DNA of 64,000 nt from Octopus sinensis (Eukaryota), in NCBI RefSeq assembly GCF_006345805.1, contig NC_043003.1:110918001-110982000 (forward strand), written 5' to 3'. This document shows, piece after piece, positions 1-11,549 of this stretch. Positions within the stretch are counted from its first letter, which is position 1, and each line of letters starts with the position of its first letter. The position numbers and the translations under genes are program-made. The notes beneath the pieces are model-generated. The model was not told the DNA's origin. It saw only the letters and a list, made by a program, of their open reading frames with translations, and did no database searches.

Positions 1-267
1 TTCAAAACTATATAACAAAATACAATTTTTTCCTGATATAATCAATATAACGCTGTATTAAAGATTAAAATTGTGTCAGAACATTAAAACTTATTCTAAA
101 ATACAAGTTTTCCTTGTTTCATAAGCTTAATTTATATACACACATACGAATATGTTGATGTATACATATATACATATATTTTCCATGGGCTATTTGATCT
201 ATTAACCTTATTTCAACATCGATACACACATACACACACTCACGAACACACATATATGTGTCTATAA

Positions 268-895
268 AGCGTTTGCTTTCCTGTGGGTATATATATATAT
301 ATATATATATATATAGGTATCTCATTTACTTCCCCCAGTAAGGCCTGCTGAGGAAAAAAAAGTTATTAGTCTAATCCAGAAATTGATCAATCCAAGACTA
401 ACTATTTTATAAATATCTCTGAGCATACTCCCTCCATTTCAACACGTTTCGACATAAAACTGGTTTGAAAATTTAGTGTCTTTTTTCACTTCTATGCCTT
501 TAATTATAATTGTATATAAAGGTCTACATTATATGCTGGCCACTGATAAAATATTTAACGATTTTATCCTTGACTATTATAACTGAATAATTTCCAAACA
601 CTTCGGGACAGTCTAGTCACTTCCGTACTACTCTGACCAAAGCGATGATATTGACCTCAAAATTCGATGCAGATGTATTTATGGTATCTATATGTAATCG
701 TAGCTTTGCGTTTGCTTCCCTATGGGTATGTATAATATCTCATTTATTTCCCTTAATATGCCTTCCTAATGAGGAAATGTTATTAGATTAGTCCAGAAAT
801 TGATCCATCAAAGGCTAACAATTTTACGAATTTCTGTGAGCCTACTCACTCGATTTAAACACGTGCGTGTGTACTATAAAAATTAGCGTCTAATT
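268..895. repeat. Diverged direct duplication of a ~200-bp unit (about 268-485 and 706-895)
   Basis: Shared blocks such as TTGCTT.CC..TGGGTAT, ATCTCATTTA.TTCCC, GTTATTAG..TA.TCCAGAAATTGATC and AACACGT occur in both copies in the same order. Identity is roughly 70% by eye. Confidence 0.55.
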
Positions 896-973
896 TCAAC
901 ATAAGCATGGACTCTTCTACCCCCTTAATTATAATTGCATTTTATACTATTATAACTCTCTACATACATAAAT

Positions 974-1040
<67 letters not shown>

Positions 1041-1223
1041 ATATATAATAAATATTAGGGAATAAATCCAAATTTACAGGGAAAAAAATCAGATTTAGGA
1101 TTAAATCCAATTTTATAGTAAAATATTATAAAATATTATTAGAGACAAAACCACTATTTTGCAAAACAAACAAGGAAAGACTTAATCAATACATAAAATT
1201 TTAATAAATAGTCAAAAAAACCG

Positions 1224-1266
1224 CCACTACAATCGTTTCTTGTCTTGATCGACAATCTTCAGGTGG
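1224..1266 (-). ncRNA. Minimal type I hammerhead ribozyme, canonical core
   Basis: Minus strand reads CCAC-CUGAAGA-UUGUC-gaucaa-GACAA-GAAAC-gauu-GUA-GUGG. Stem I is CCAC/GUGG, stem II is 5 bp, stem III is 2 bp, and the cleavage triplet is GUA. Confidence 0.85.
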
Positions 1267-1729
1267 ACTTCCAATCTAAAAAATCAATATTTTAAAATAT
1301 AAAAATAATAATTTTAAAATAATTAAAGTATGAATGAAAAAATATAAGTATATAATCCATATATAACCTATATATAATCCATATATAATCAATATATAAA
1401 CAATATATAAACTAAAAAAACCTATCAACAATTAAATATAAACTATAAAATATAAAATATAAAATATAAAATATAAAATATAAAACAAAACAAAAAAATA
1501 ATAATAATATAATAATAAACTATATATACACCCATACACATATACCTAATTATATATAACCATATCTAACTACATACACTAAATCACACACCTATATAAA
1601 TATCCCTATACATACACATAAAAACGTCTAGGCAACTATAAATAAATAAAATAGCTAAACACTTCAACACAATACTTATTCATACTCCCACACACACACA
1701 CATACAACCCACATTCACGCTCTAGAAAA

Positions 1730-2800
1730 CGGACATCACTCAAAACTATGAACGGAGAAATGGAATAAATGGAATTAAAAATTATATTCACTTGGTAAAA
1801 ACGAACACTACTTAAAAATTATGAATGAAACAATGCAATAAAACAACAGACATCGCAATAGACACAAATTACTACGAATTCCTTAACAAACCTATCATGA
1901 TAAACCAAAAACTCATAAAAACATATAATGATAAAATCTCCCTTTACTAAACTCTATAACAAACCTATATAGCAATCCCCCTAACCTAAACATTCACACA
2001 CAAATACACACACGTAAACCACACACCCACGACATATACAAATACCCACACCACTTACACATACCAATACATACATATAAACCTCAACATATACTCCAAA
2101 AACCCACTCAACCCCACACAGACAATAAACACAAAAATTATGAATGGATTCTTTTATAAAACTACCATGATAAGCTAAAACTCACAAAACAGAAATGATA
2201 AAACCTCCCTTTACTAAACACTATAACATACTTATATAGCAATCCCTTTAACCTATACATTCACACACAAAAACACACACGTAAACCACACACCCATAAC
2301 AAATACAAACACCCACCCCACTCACACACACCCACAAGTACATATAAGCCTCAACATATACACCAAACAAAATTACTTTACCAAGGAACCTAACATATGT
2401 ATAAAAAGTATAATCGCTCTGGAAACGAACATCTCTAAATTAATGAATGGAGAAATGGAATAAATGGAATTAAAAATAATATTCACGTGGCAAAACGAAC
2501 ACCACTCAAAAATTATGAATGAAACAATGTAATAAAACAACCAACATCGAAAATAGACAAATTACCACGAATTCCCTAAAAAAACCATGATAAACCAAAA
2601 CTCTTAAAAACATATAACGATAAAATCTCCCTTTGCTAAACTCTATAACAAACCTATATAATAATCCCCCTAACCTAAACATTCACACACAAATACACAC
2701 ACGTAAACCACAGACCCACGACTTATACACATACCTATACTAACTTATAAACCTCAACATACACCAAAACCCACTCACTCCCCACACAGACAAATTAACA
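1730..2800. repeat. Degenerate tandem repeat: ~695-bp period with a partial third subunit
   Basis: GGAGAAATGGAATAAATGGAATTAAAAAT.ATATTCAC at ~1753 and ~2448. The block CCATGATAA...GATAAAA.CTCCCTTT.CTAAA occurs at ~1896, ~2165 and ~2585. Confidence 0.8.
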
Positions 2801-3084
2801 CATACATCCCAAAACCTAAATAACAAACCCATATACACATTCACACACAAACACACACACACGCAAAACACACACACACAACGGATACATATACTCCCTC
2901 ACATATACGCATATACATACTCACTAAACTCGATATATACAACAATATTTACACACCCACACTCATACAGATAAATAAATTATACAACTAAAAACTCACA
3001 CACAAACTCATATACATAAACACTCCTATGAAAACAACATTAAATACATCGTAATTAACCAGAATATCAAAAATAACAGTATGA

Positions 3085-3254
3085 CATAAGGATAAATAAA
3101 AGACATACTTACAAGTCAGTTTCAAAAGACATACTTACAAGTCAGTTTCAAATTATGAAGTGAAATTAAATTCTTAGCCGTTAACGGCTAAGAATTTAAT
3201 TTCACTTCATAATTTGAAACTGACTTGTAAGTATGTCTTTTATTTATCCTTATG
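3085..3254. repeat. Perfect 118-bp palindrome (3124-3241, no loop) with an adjacent 26-bp tandem duplication
   Basis: The centre is GCCGTT|AACGGC at 3182/3183. AAAAGACATACTTACAAGTCAGTTTC is duplicated at 3098-3123 and 3124-3149. The outer arms 3085-3097 and 3242-3254 are also complementary. Confidence 0.92.
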
Positions 3255-4348
3255 CAAATCATGGTGTAACAGGAGTCAACCATTATAACCAATTAATCAA
3301 GTAACACATTATGCAATAAAATCACAGGATGGAAACAGTTTGATTTCAAATGGTATCGTAGTTTCATTTATAGCAATATATATACGATTTTATTTAAATA
3401 CTACATTACATGGTACATTGAAGAATACAAAGCAAAAAGAACGACATGTATTAATGTGGTAACATTAAAACAATCTTCATAAATATATCATGAATTATGA
3501 AAGATGAATTCAAACACATGCAATTCCCACACACTCACAATTAAGGGCTCTCATTAACATATAATAACGTGCGCACACGCTTACACTCACACATATACAT
3601 GTGTAATAAATGCATACGCAGATACGCGCATACACACACATATACATGCATGCAGAAATGTGAGTGCATCAAATGCAAGATGCCAGTGATTCAGTGTAAA
3701 AATGTGATTTTGCTAGCGGTAAGACACAAGAAGGAAATATTTGACTGAATTTTATTGTGTTTTACAGTAACTGTACTGTGATATATAAAACTTACAAGAT
3801 AAAAGTATATACATGTATATATAAATATACACACACATTAATATATACATGCATGTATGTATGCATATATGTATATATGTGTATATGTATGTATGTGTGT
3901 ATCCATTCTCATATCCTAATTGAGGGCAATCATCATCCCTTGATATGAACTATGCCCCTACATGGACTTTGAGAAATCTATTTTGATATTCATGAATATA
4001 GCAAAAGTTATTAATATAGAACAATTTTTTCACAATTATTATTGTAATAATCAGAAATATATCGATTGTGTTATATTAAGTACTTGAGATATATGTAGTT
4101 TTATAAATGTGCATAAACGTAAACATATACGTACATGCATACATACGTACATATATATGCACAGACATGTATATAATATATATATACATATATATATATG
4201 CATATATATATATACATATATATATATAATTGATATAGGATACAATTTGTTTCGGGAAAAATTTTATCAATGGCCAGCATATCAAAAAATGCCTTTACAG
4301 GTAAAATTTATACATAAGTTACAAGCCTTCTCTTGTAAATTATATATA

Positions 4349-4405
<57 letters not shown>

Positions 4406-4655
4406 CAGAAAGAGAGTGAAACTCTTACTCGGAGTAGATGACACAGGGACAAACGATGAAGGGGAATATTCTTTATGTTGCATGTCTCGTGTCTCTGTTT
4501 TTTTGTTGTTCGAAAAAAAGTTCGTTTTTGCTTTTATGTTTTCGTTTCTCATTCTGTTCAACGTTTCTTTATGCCTTACCCATATATGCAACTATATATA
4601 CATATATATATATATATATGTAGGCATGTACATATATGTATGTATATATACATAA

Positions 4656-5904
4656 ATTGGGTTCTCCGGAAAGTTCATGCCGATTTTTAAAAGAAAGAAA
4701 AATGTAAATAAATATTTGCCATTATATTTTTAATCAACCAAATACGAACCATTTTGATGCACAATGCGTCTTCATCTTTATAACTTGAATATCGATTCTT
4801 CCCAGAATTGAGGTGGTTTGATGGCAAAAAATTCATCAAGGTATCTTTTTACGTCAACCAAGGAATTGAAACTTTTACCATTAAGACTATTCTGCAGAGA
4901 TCTGAATAAGTTGAAATCCGAAGGAGCAATACTTTGAAATATGGATGGTGGGGTAGCACATTCCAGCCGAGCTGAGGCAATTTTGGTCTGGTTCCCAAAG
5001 AAATGTGCGGTCTCGCATTATCATGTTGGAAAACAACACCCTTACTGTAAGCCAATCCTCTTGAATTGCTTCTTTTAACTTGTCCAGTTTTGTGCAGTAT
5101 TTCTCAGAATTAAATGTCTGGTTACTTGGGAGAAGCTCATAGTACAGAATTCCTTTCCAATCCCTCTAAACACTAAGCAAGTTCCGCTTTTGGCTAAGGG
5201 TGGCTCATGTCGCTTACACCAGGTTTGCTATCTTTGAACATTTCGATAGTTAATCCATTTCTCATCACCTGTCACAATTTGTTTTAAGACAGGCAAAATT
5301 TCATTCCGTTTATAAAGCAAATCATAGATGGAACTGCGATCCAAAAGGTTATTTTCACTAAACTCATGTTGTACCCAAACACCGTAGCGATTTGTGTACC
5401 CAAGCTTTACCAGGTGCTCATGAACGACAGATTTTGATAGCTTGAGGATTTCTGCCAATTCTCGGGTTGTGCAATGTGGGTCATTCTCAATTAATTACTT
5501 GATTGGGTCACCATCTGTACTGGATAGTATGCCTGATCGCTCTTTATCAATAAGGCTACAATCTCCAGATCAGAAACTTGCGAACCACTTCCGTACAGTT
5601 CTTTCGTATAAAGAAACATCATCGTAAACTGCGCATATTTCTATGGTTGCTTGTGAGGCATTTTTCCTTTACGGAAAAAGAAAAGCATCAAGTATCGAAA
5701 ACGAATTTCCTTATATTGTAATTTAAAGGGTTACAGAAGTAACACAGGTTATAGGAATGTAAAACTTCTTCCACGAAAAGATAGCTTAAACTGTGCTCTA
5801 AATGGAGGTGTTTTCATATCCTATTTTTTGGACTTAACTATGTTCCAAAATAAATCGAAAGATAAGCTGCTATAAACTGGCACGAACTTTCCTGACAACC
5901 CAAT
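4656..5904 (-). mobile_element. Degenerate mariner (Tc1/mariner) DNA transposon
   Basis: Imperfect TIRs ATTGGGTTCTCCGGAAAGTTCATGCC / GGCACGAACTTTCCTGACAACCCAAT. Transposase motifs on the minus strand: LFFFRKGKNASQA, IVTGDEKWINY, FQHDNARPH and a PS(D)Y-like segment. Stops and frameshifts are present. Confidence 0.92.
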
Positions 5905-6270
5905 ATATATATATATATATATGTATTTATGTATGTATAAATATATGTATGTATGCATGTATGTATAAATATATGTATGTATGTATGTATGTGTGCGTAT
6001 GTGTCTCTGTGTGCGTATGTGTATAACATAGCTGATTGAAAAATAACATGACTTGATATATATGAGTAAAATAAGACAAGTTAGAAAATGCTAATATAAT
6101 TTTATCATGAAATACGCTTTGCACCAGTTTCAGTCTTTCCAACTTTTTCAACTGAGAGAAAAACAGGAAAAGTAATTAAATTGAAGGAAAATTAAATGAA
6201 ATGTTTTGCAAATCTGTTCATAGTCTTCAAATAGGTAGGGCATTCTCCTTTTTTCTAAATTAAGGTTCGG

Positions 6271-6376
6271 TAGATAGTAGCAGATCTTAAAAGTTTTTTT
6301 GGATGCAAAAAATGTTCTGAAGTTTGGTGGTTTAAGCAGCAGCAGACGAGGATGTAGACGTTGAAGAAGAAGAAGA

Positions 6377-6417
<41 letters not shown>

Positions 6418-6896
6418 CAGGAGGAGGGAGGGGGAGGGGGGAGGAAAAGTAGACGAAGAAGAAAGAAAAGAAAAAGACAAGAGTGTTATGACACAGTAGT
6501 AGTTGTACGTGGAATCTTCATTAATGGCCAAGTGACCTAAAAGTGATCTGTTTTGGTTGTAGCAGTCGTGGTAGGGATTGTTCTAAGTAAATTCATGGCT
6601 AGCGACTGTTCTTAATACATCTATCGTTTTTAATATTTGCGTATTATACAAAGATCCTTGTAATGCTGTTATCTGTGGTAGAAGTATTCAAAAGAGGTAT
6701 ATATTTTGCGATAACATATCATCCTTTGGTAATGCGTTGATCATAGGTTGCATTGTCACTGAATTGACCCTTTTCTTCTTTTTCTCCTTCACCGTCTCCT
6801 ACATCGGCTGCTGTTACTACTGCTTAAAGCACCAAACCTAATACCAACATTTCTTTACCCCCATAATCACTATTTTTCCACATCTGCTACTATCTA
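6271..6896. mobile_element. Old MITE-like element with ~100-bp diverged terminal inverted repeats
   Basis: TAGATAGTAGCAGAT at 6271 pairs with ATCTGCTACTATCTA ending at 6896. GTTTGGTG(G/C)TTTAAGCAG is also mirrored. Both ends are TA. Confidence 0.5.
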
Positions 6897-7334
6897 TGTG
6901 CCACATTTTGGAGTCAGTGTATGTAAAAATTTGTATATTTTGTTTTATGTATGTATTTTAATGTATATAGATACATGTCTAGATATGTGCATATATATTT
7001 AAAATATAAACCTTATTTATAATTGTAGTGTAGTCTTTAAATCAGCTTCCTACCTTCTGATTCTTGTTTTCAGAAGTCTAATTCTAAAAATTGCTACTTT
7101 GTCAATATGTTACATATCCCAGTGTCCCAATAATTATAGGTATTAATCGCAAATTGTAGGTGTTTTCTTCTCACAAATGCTTCAGCCTGCTGTAGTCCAT
7201 CAGAAGGTATTTTAAGGATAAATACAAAAATTTCACTACAGTTGTCAATTTTAGGATACGACTTTCGCTGCATAAACCACATGATTGCATATATTTTTTT
7301 TTATTGCAATAGTGTAAAATTGCATATATATATA

Positions 7335-8342
7335 ACTCACACACATACACACACACACACACACGGACATACATCTATGCACACACATACACACATACTC
7401 ACATACATTCATCGGACACACTGCCACCCAGACATACACACAGACACACTCACACATCCACACACATACATACTTACGCGCATACTCGCAGGCGCGCGCA
7501 CACACGCGCTTGCGCCGGTTCGCGTACGCATACGCGCCGCATGCACCTCGCTCTTGGACCCGACGAGACCTCCCGCCCGTTCCTGGGACCGTCGCGTGTC
7601 GTTGGGTTTTTCCCACCCCGTCTCCGCGGGACCACTCTTCCATCTTCCCCTCAGCTGGAGTCCTTTTTCCTTACCCCCCCCTTTTTCGTTACACACACGC
7701 GCACACATATACACACATTGCTTAAATATATACATTACTCTTACACACATTCAATCTACTCGCCATTAATACCACCACGACTGGACACACACACACACTA
7801 CTACTCAACACACGCTGGCACGCTACATACGCCCCCACCCCTTCCCCTCCCTCCCTTCCTCCTTCCTTCTTTTCTTACTACTGACCTTGTCTGCTAGCTG
7901 ACCACTAGTCTCGCCCTACCTCACACGCCTACACACAGACGCACACACTAACACACACATATATTTTTTTGTTTTTTCATCACGCCTCACACACACACAT
8001 ACACACACGCACACGCACACACTCACACATACACACACATCTGTTGCGTTACCAACCTTATCTCCACTCTTTTGCCTTTAAAAACCCACTTTGCTCTTGT
8101 TATCGTCAACATCCGCCTTTCACCATGTGCAACTCGTAAACACCAGTCGTCTTTTTCTCTTTCCTGTTGCCCGCTCTGGGATCTTTCTTTCCTCTCTCTT
8201 CCTTCTTTATGTTTCCGACGAAGAGCTCCGCTCGAAACGTCATACCTCCCTGCTTCCATTTCCTGAGCGCCTATTAATAATAATACTGTAATTGTTCCTG
8301 TTGTTGTTGTTTTTTTTGTTTCCCGTTTGGATTAAAATTATA
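7335..8342 (+). repeat. 5' pseudo-LTR (pLTR) of the Neptune-type PLE
   Basis: Near-identical to 13550-14574 from ACTCACACACATAC... to ...GGATTAAAATTATA. Differences are mostly homopolymer or microsatellite lengths. Confidence 0.95.
8211..8245 (+). ncRNA. Minimal hammerhead-like motif with variant core CCGACGA(A), 5' pLTR
   Basis: GUUU-CCGACGA-A-GAGC-ucc-GCUC-GAAAC-GUC-AUAC. Stem II is 4 bp, stem III is the palindromic ACGU, the triplet is GUC, and stem I is weak (GUUU/AUAC with one U-U mismatch). Confidence 0.65.
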
Positions 8343-8665
8343 CCACTGCGCGCCTACACGGACCCCTTGTACCTTGGATACCAACTCCCGGATTTTTTGC
8401 ACCTACGGATTATTGTTACCATTCTTCCTGACCTACGGATCACCCGCAACCTTCTTCCGGAGTACCGCCATTACCGTGATTGAAAATCATTACCTAATCT
8501 GTCCGTTGACTCTCAAATCTCTTTCCTGACTTTTTTCAACTTTTTTCTATTGTTTTCAAACCGTCTTCACCCTTTTTCTTTTCTTCTTTCGTTGTTTCCT
8601 GTTGTCTCTCCTTTTTCCTGTTTCGCCACCACCCACCTTTACCTGTTTTGCCACCACTTCTCATC

Positions 8666-11530
8666 ATGCCTGACTTGCACTCGTTCGTCCAACACCTTCA
8701 ATCCCTCCTCAGCCGCTACCTCCTCGCGTTCTTCCCCCACAATGTTCCGCACCTGCTATAAAACTTTCCCGCTTGCTTTTTAAGAAAACCCGCCACTCTA
8801 GTCATCTTTCCTTTCTTAGCCGGTGCCTCCGCCATCATGTCACACCCCGCGGTTTCCTCTTGAAGTTCCACGCTACCCCCCCTATTCCTCCCCCTTCATC
8901 GACCCCCCTCGCTCGACCCCACCCTCGCCGCCTCCCTCCTCCTCCGCGCCACCATCCGCTCCACCCGCCCCTCCTTGACTCCCTCGACCATCAACTTCCC
9001 CAGGCCTACTCCTTCTCTCCGCCCTCTGCCCTCCACTCTTCACCCAACCTATCCTCCGCTTCATTCTTAATCTCAACCACCAACTCTACAACCACCTCAC
9101 ACACACAAAAAACAAAAAACTCCACCTCCTCCTCAACCCTCACCCCCTTCCCCATCCTCCCCCACTGTTCCCCCCCCTCCTTCGCACCTACCCCACCCTT
9201 CCACGGACCCACACCCCCCACCGTGACCTTCCTACGCCTAACCATCTTCACACCCAACCACCTACCCTCCCCTTCACACCCCTGCACCCCCTCCGCCTGC
9301 CCCTAGTCCTCCCACCACCCCGCTTCCTCGCGCTGTTGTCACTATACCCCCCACCTCCCCCTCTCCGCCGCTGAGCGCTCCCTCCTCAGTAAGGGTCTCC
9401 GCTTCACGCCACTCACGCGCCACTGTGATGAGTTCGAGACTCGGGCGGACGTCAACCTGTTCCTGCGGCGCCTCAAACTTCGCGCATACTACCACGCGTC
9501 CCCGCAGCGTCACAACAATCAGGATTGCTTTTTGGAGCTGGGCGTCTTCCATCCATCTGGACGCCGCCCCCAGGCCTTTTCAGTAGCCTAGATTCGTTTG
9601 TACATGACTGCAACGCTTTGGTCCACCGTTTTTCAACTTTGAACCAAGACCCCGCCGAGCCAACCTCACTCGGGCCGAATCCATTGCCCTTTGCCACCTC
9701 CGCCGTCGTGATGACATTGTCATCAAACCGGCGGACAAAGGCGGGGCAGTGGTAGTGTGGCGCGCGGACCTATACAGGGAGGAAGCGCTCAACCAGCTTC
9801 AAAATCCACTCTTCTATCGCCTCCTCCCCTCCGATCCCACCTCCTCCTACCAACAGCGAGTGTCCTCCACCATCCACGACCTCATCTCCTCCTCCGCTCT
9901 CCCCCTCACCGCCACCAACCTCATCGTCCGCACACCCCGCACCTCCACCATCTACTTCCTTCCAAGATCCATAAACCCTCTAATCCTGGCCGTCCCATAG
10001 TCTCTGCCTGTAATTGCCCCCACTGAACTCATCTCCCTATACCTCGACCGCATCCTGTCCCCCTTAGTCGCAGCCCTCCCATCCCACATACACGACACCA
10101 ACCACGCCCTCCGTCTCTTCAATTCCTTTTCCTTCCCTTCCAGCCCCTCACACCTCCTCTTCACTTTAGATGTAAAATCCCTGTACACAGTGATTCCCCA
10201 CAATGACGGTCTCCTAGCCCTCCACACTTCCTCGACCGTCGTCCCGACCCCACCCCCAGCACCCCCACCCTTCTCCGTTTGGCTGAGCTCGTCCTCACCC
10301 TCAATTGCTTCACGTTCGTTCGCCGGGAAACGTACCAACAGGTGTCCGGGGTCGCGATGGGAACTAGGATGGGCCCCAATTTCGCCAATCTCTTTCTTGG
10401 CTACATTGAGGCCCAAGTGTTCTCCCAGTTCTCTGGGCCGACCCCCGAACTATACGGTCGCTATATCGACGACTGCGTAGGTGCCACCTCCCTTTCCCGT
10501 GAACTTCTCTGCCAATTCATCTCTTTCCTTTCCAACTTTCACCCCTCTTCATTCACCTCCACCATCTCCAACACCTCTGTCAACTTCCTTGACATCTCTC
10601 TCCGCATCGATCACCCCTCCAGCTCTCTCACCACCACCGCCTTTTTAAACCTACGGATTCCCACCTCTATCTCAACTTCTCTTCCTCCCACCCCTTCCAC
10701 ACCAAACGAGCCATCCCCTACTCCCAGTTCCTCCGCCTCCGACGTTTGTGCAGCCGCGACCAGGATTTCGAGACCCAATCTCAATACCTGGCCCGCATGT
10801 TCAGACTCCGAGGTTACCTACCCATACTCCTCTCTGATGCCCTCACCCGCGCCCGTCGCATCGACCGCACTACCGCCCTGTCTCCTTCCCCCCGCCCCCC
10901 CCCCCACCGCACCCCCTTCCCCCTCCTTTTCCACCCCTCTACCCTACCCCCTTCGTCGCAAGATACTACGTGCCTTCCGTCGCCTCCAGCTTGATCCCAC
11001 CACCCGCCCCATTTTCCCTAACCTACCCCTGTCCTCTTTCAAACGAGCCCGCAATCTGCGTGACCTCCTGGTCCACAGCACCCTCTCTCCTTCCCCTCAG
11101 CCCCACACGGATCATTCCCTTGCTCTAGATCCCGCTGCAACACTTGCCCCTTCATCACCAACACCACCGCTGTCACCGGCTCCAACCTGCACACTGTACG
11201 CATTAGGCACTCTTTTACGTGCACCTCGTCTGGCCTTATTTACTGCATTAAATGCAACCTATGCGGGATGCTGTATGTAGGACAGACGGGACGCCGGTTG
11301 TCCGACCGTTTCACTGAGCACTTGAGGGACGTTCGCCTACACTCTCTTTTCTCCCGTCGCACGCCACTTCCGCTCGGCCGGCCATTCCCTAGATGACATC
11401 TCAGTGTTTGGTCTCGCCCCCCACCATGGTCGCCCACTTTCCAGGCTCCACTTGGAGCAACGCTACATCTTCACCCTACAAACTACCACCCCACACCCAC
11501 ACGGACTTAACACAGCCCCTCCTCTTGAGA
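8666..11530 (+). pseudogene. PLE polyprotein (N-terminal domain, reverse transcriptase, GIY-YIG endonuclease), frameshifted in this assembly
   Basis: Joining frames gives MPDLHSFVQH...YKLSRLLFKKTRHSSHLSFLSRCL...LSKGLRFTP...IVIKPADKGGAVVVW...YFLPKIHKPSNPGRPIVS...LDVKSLYTVIP...QVSGVAMGTRMGPNFANLF...YGRYIDDC...KPTDSHLYL...CSRSRCNTCPF...CTSSGLIYCIKCNLCGMLYVGQTGRRLSDRFTEH...LEQRYIFTLQT...PHGLN. Start and stop positions are approximate. Confidence 0.9.
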
Positions 11531-11549
11531 TCCGTTTTTTTTTTTTTTT

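Larger units (their letters stand above)
1050..3084 (-). mobile_element. Non-coding 3' part of a Penelope-like element: pLTR end with hammerhead, abutting (TA)n
   Basis: Minus-strand HHR at 1224-1266, followed by ~170 bp of T-rich tail ending at a (TA)n array. The upstream 1.8 kb is strongly G-poor on the + strand and internally repetitive. No ORF. The right boundary is uncertain. Confidence 0.5.

Noticed and set aside
345-390. CTGCTGAGG…CCAGAAATTGATC and its copy CTAATGAGG…CCAGAAATTGATC (~767-806) as hammerheads
   Set aside because: The consensus hints at CUGAUGA, but there is an extra base before GAAA and no stem I in either copy.
7490-7660. HDV-like ribozyme in the GC-rich part of the pLTR (GGTCCCAG, CACCTCGC)
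   Set aside because: I could not build P1/P3/P1.1 pairings in either orientation.
8666-11530. Possible selenocysteine (in-frame TGA) use as in Naiad PLEs
   Set aside because: The conserved Cys codons in the linker and endonuclease are TGC, and the endonuclease is C-terminal, not N-terminal as in Naiad.
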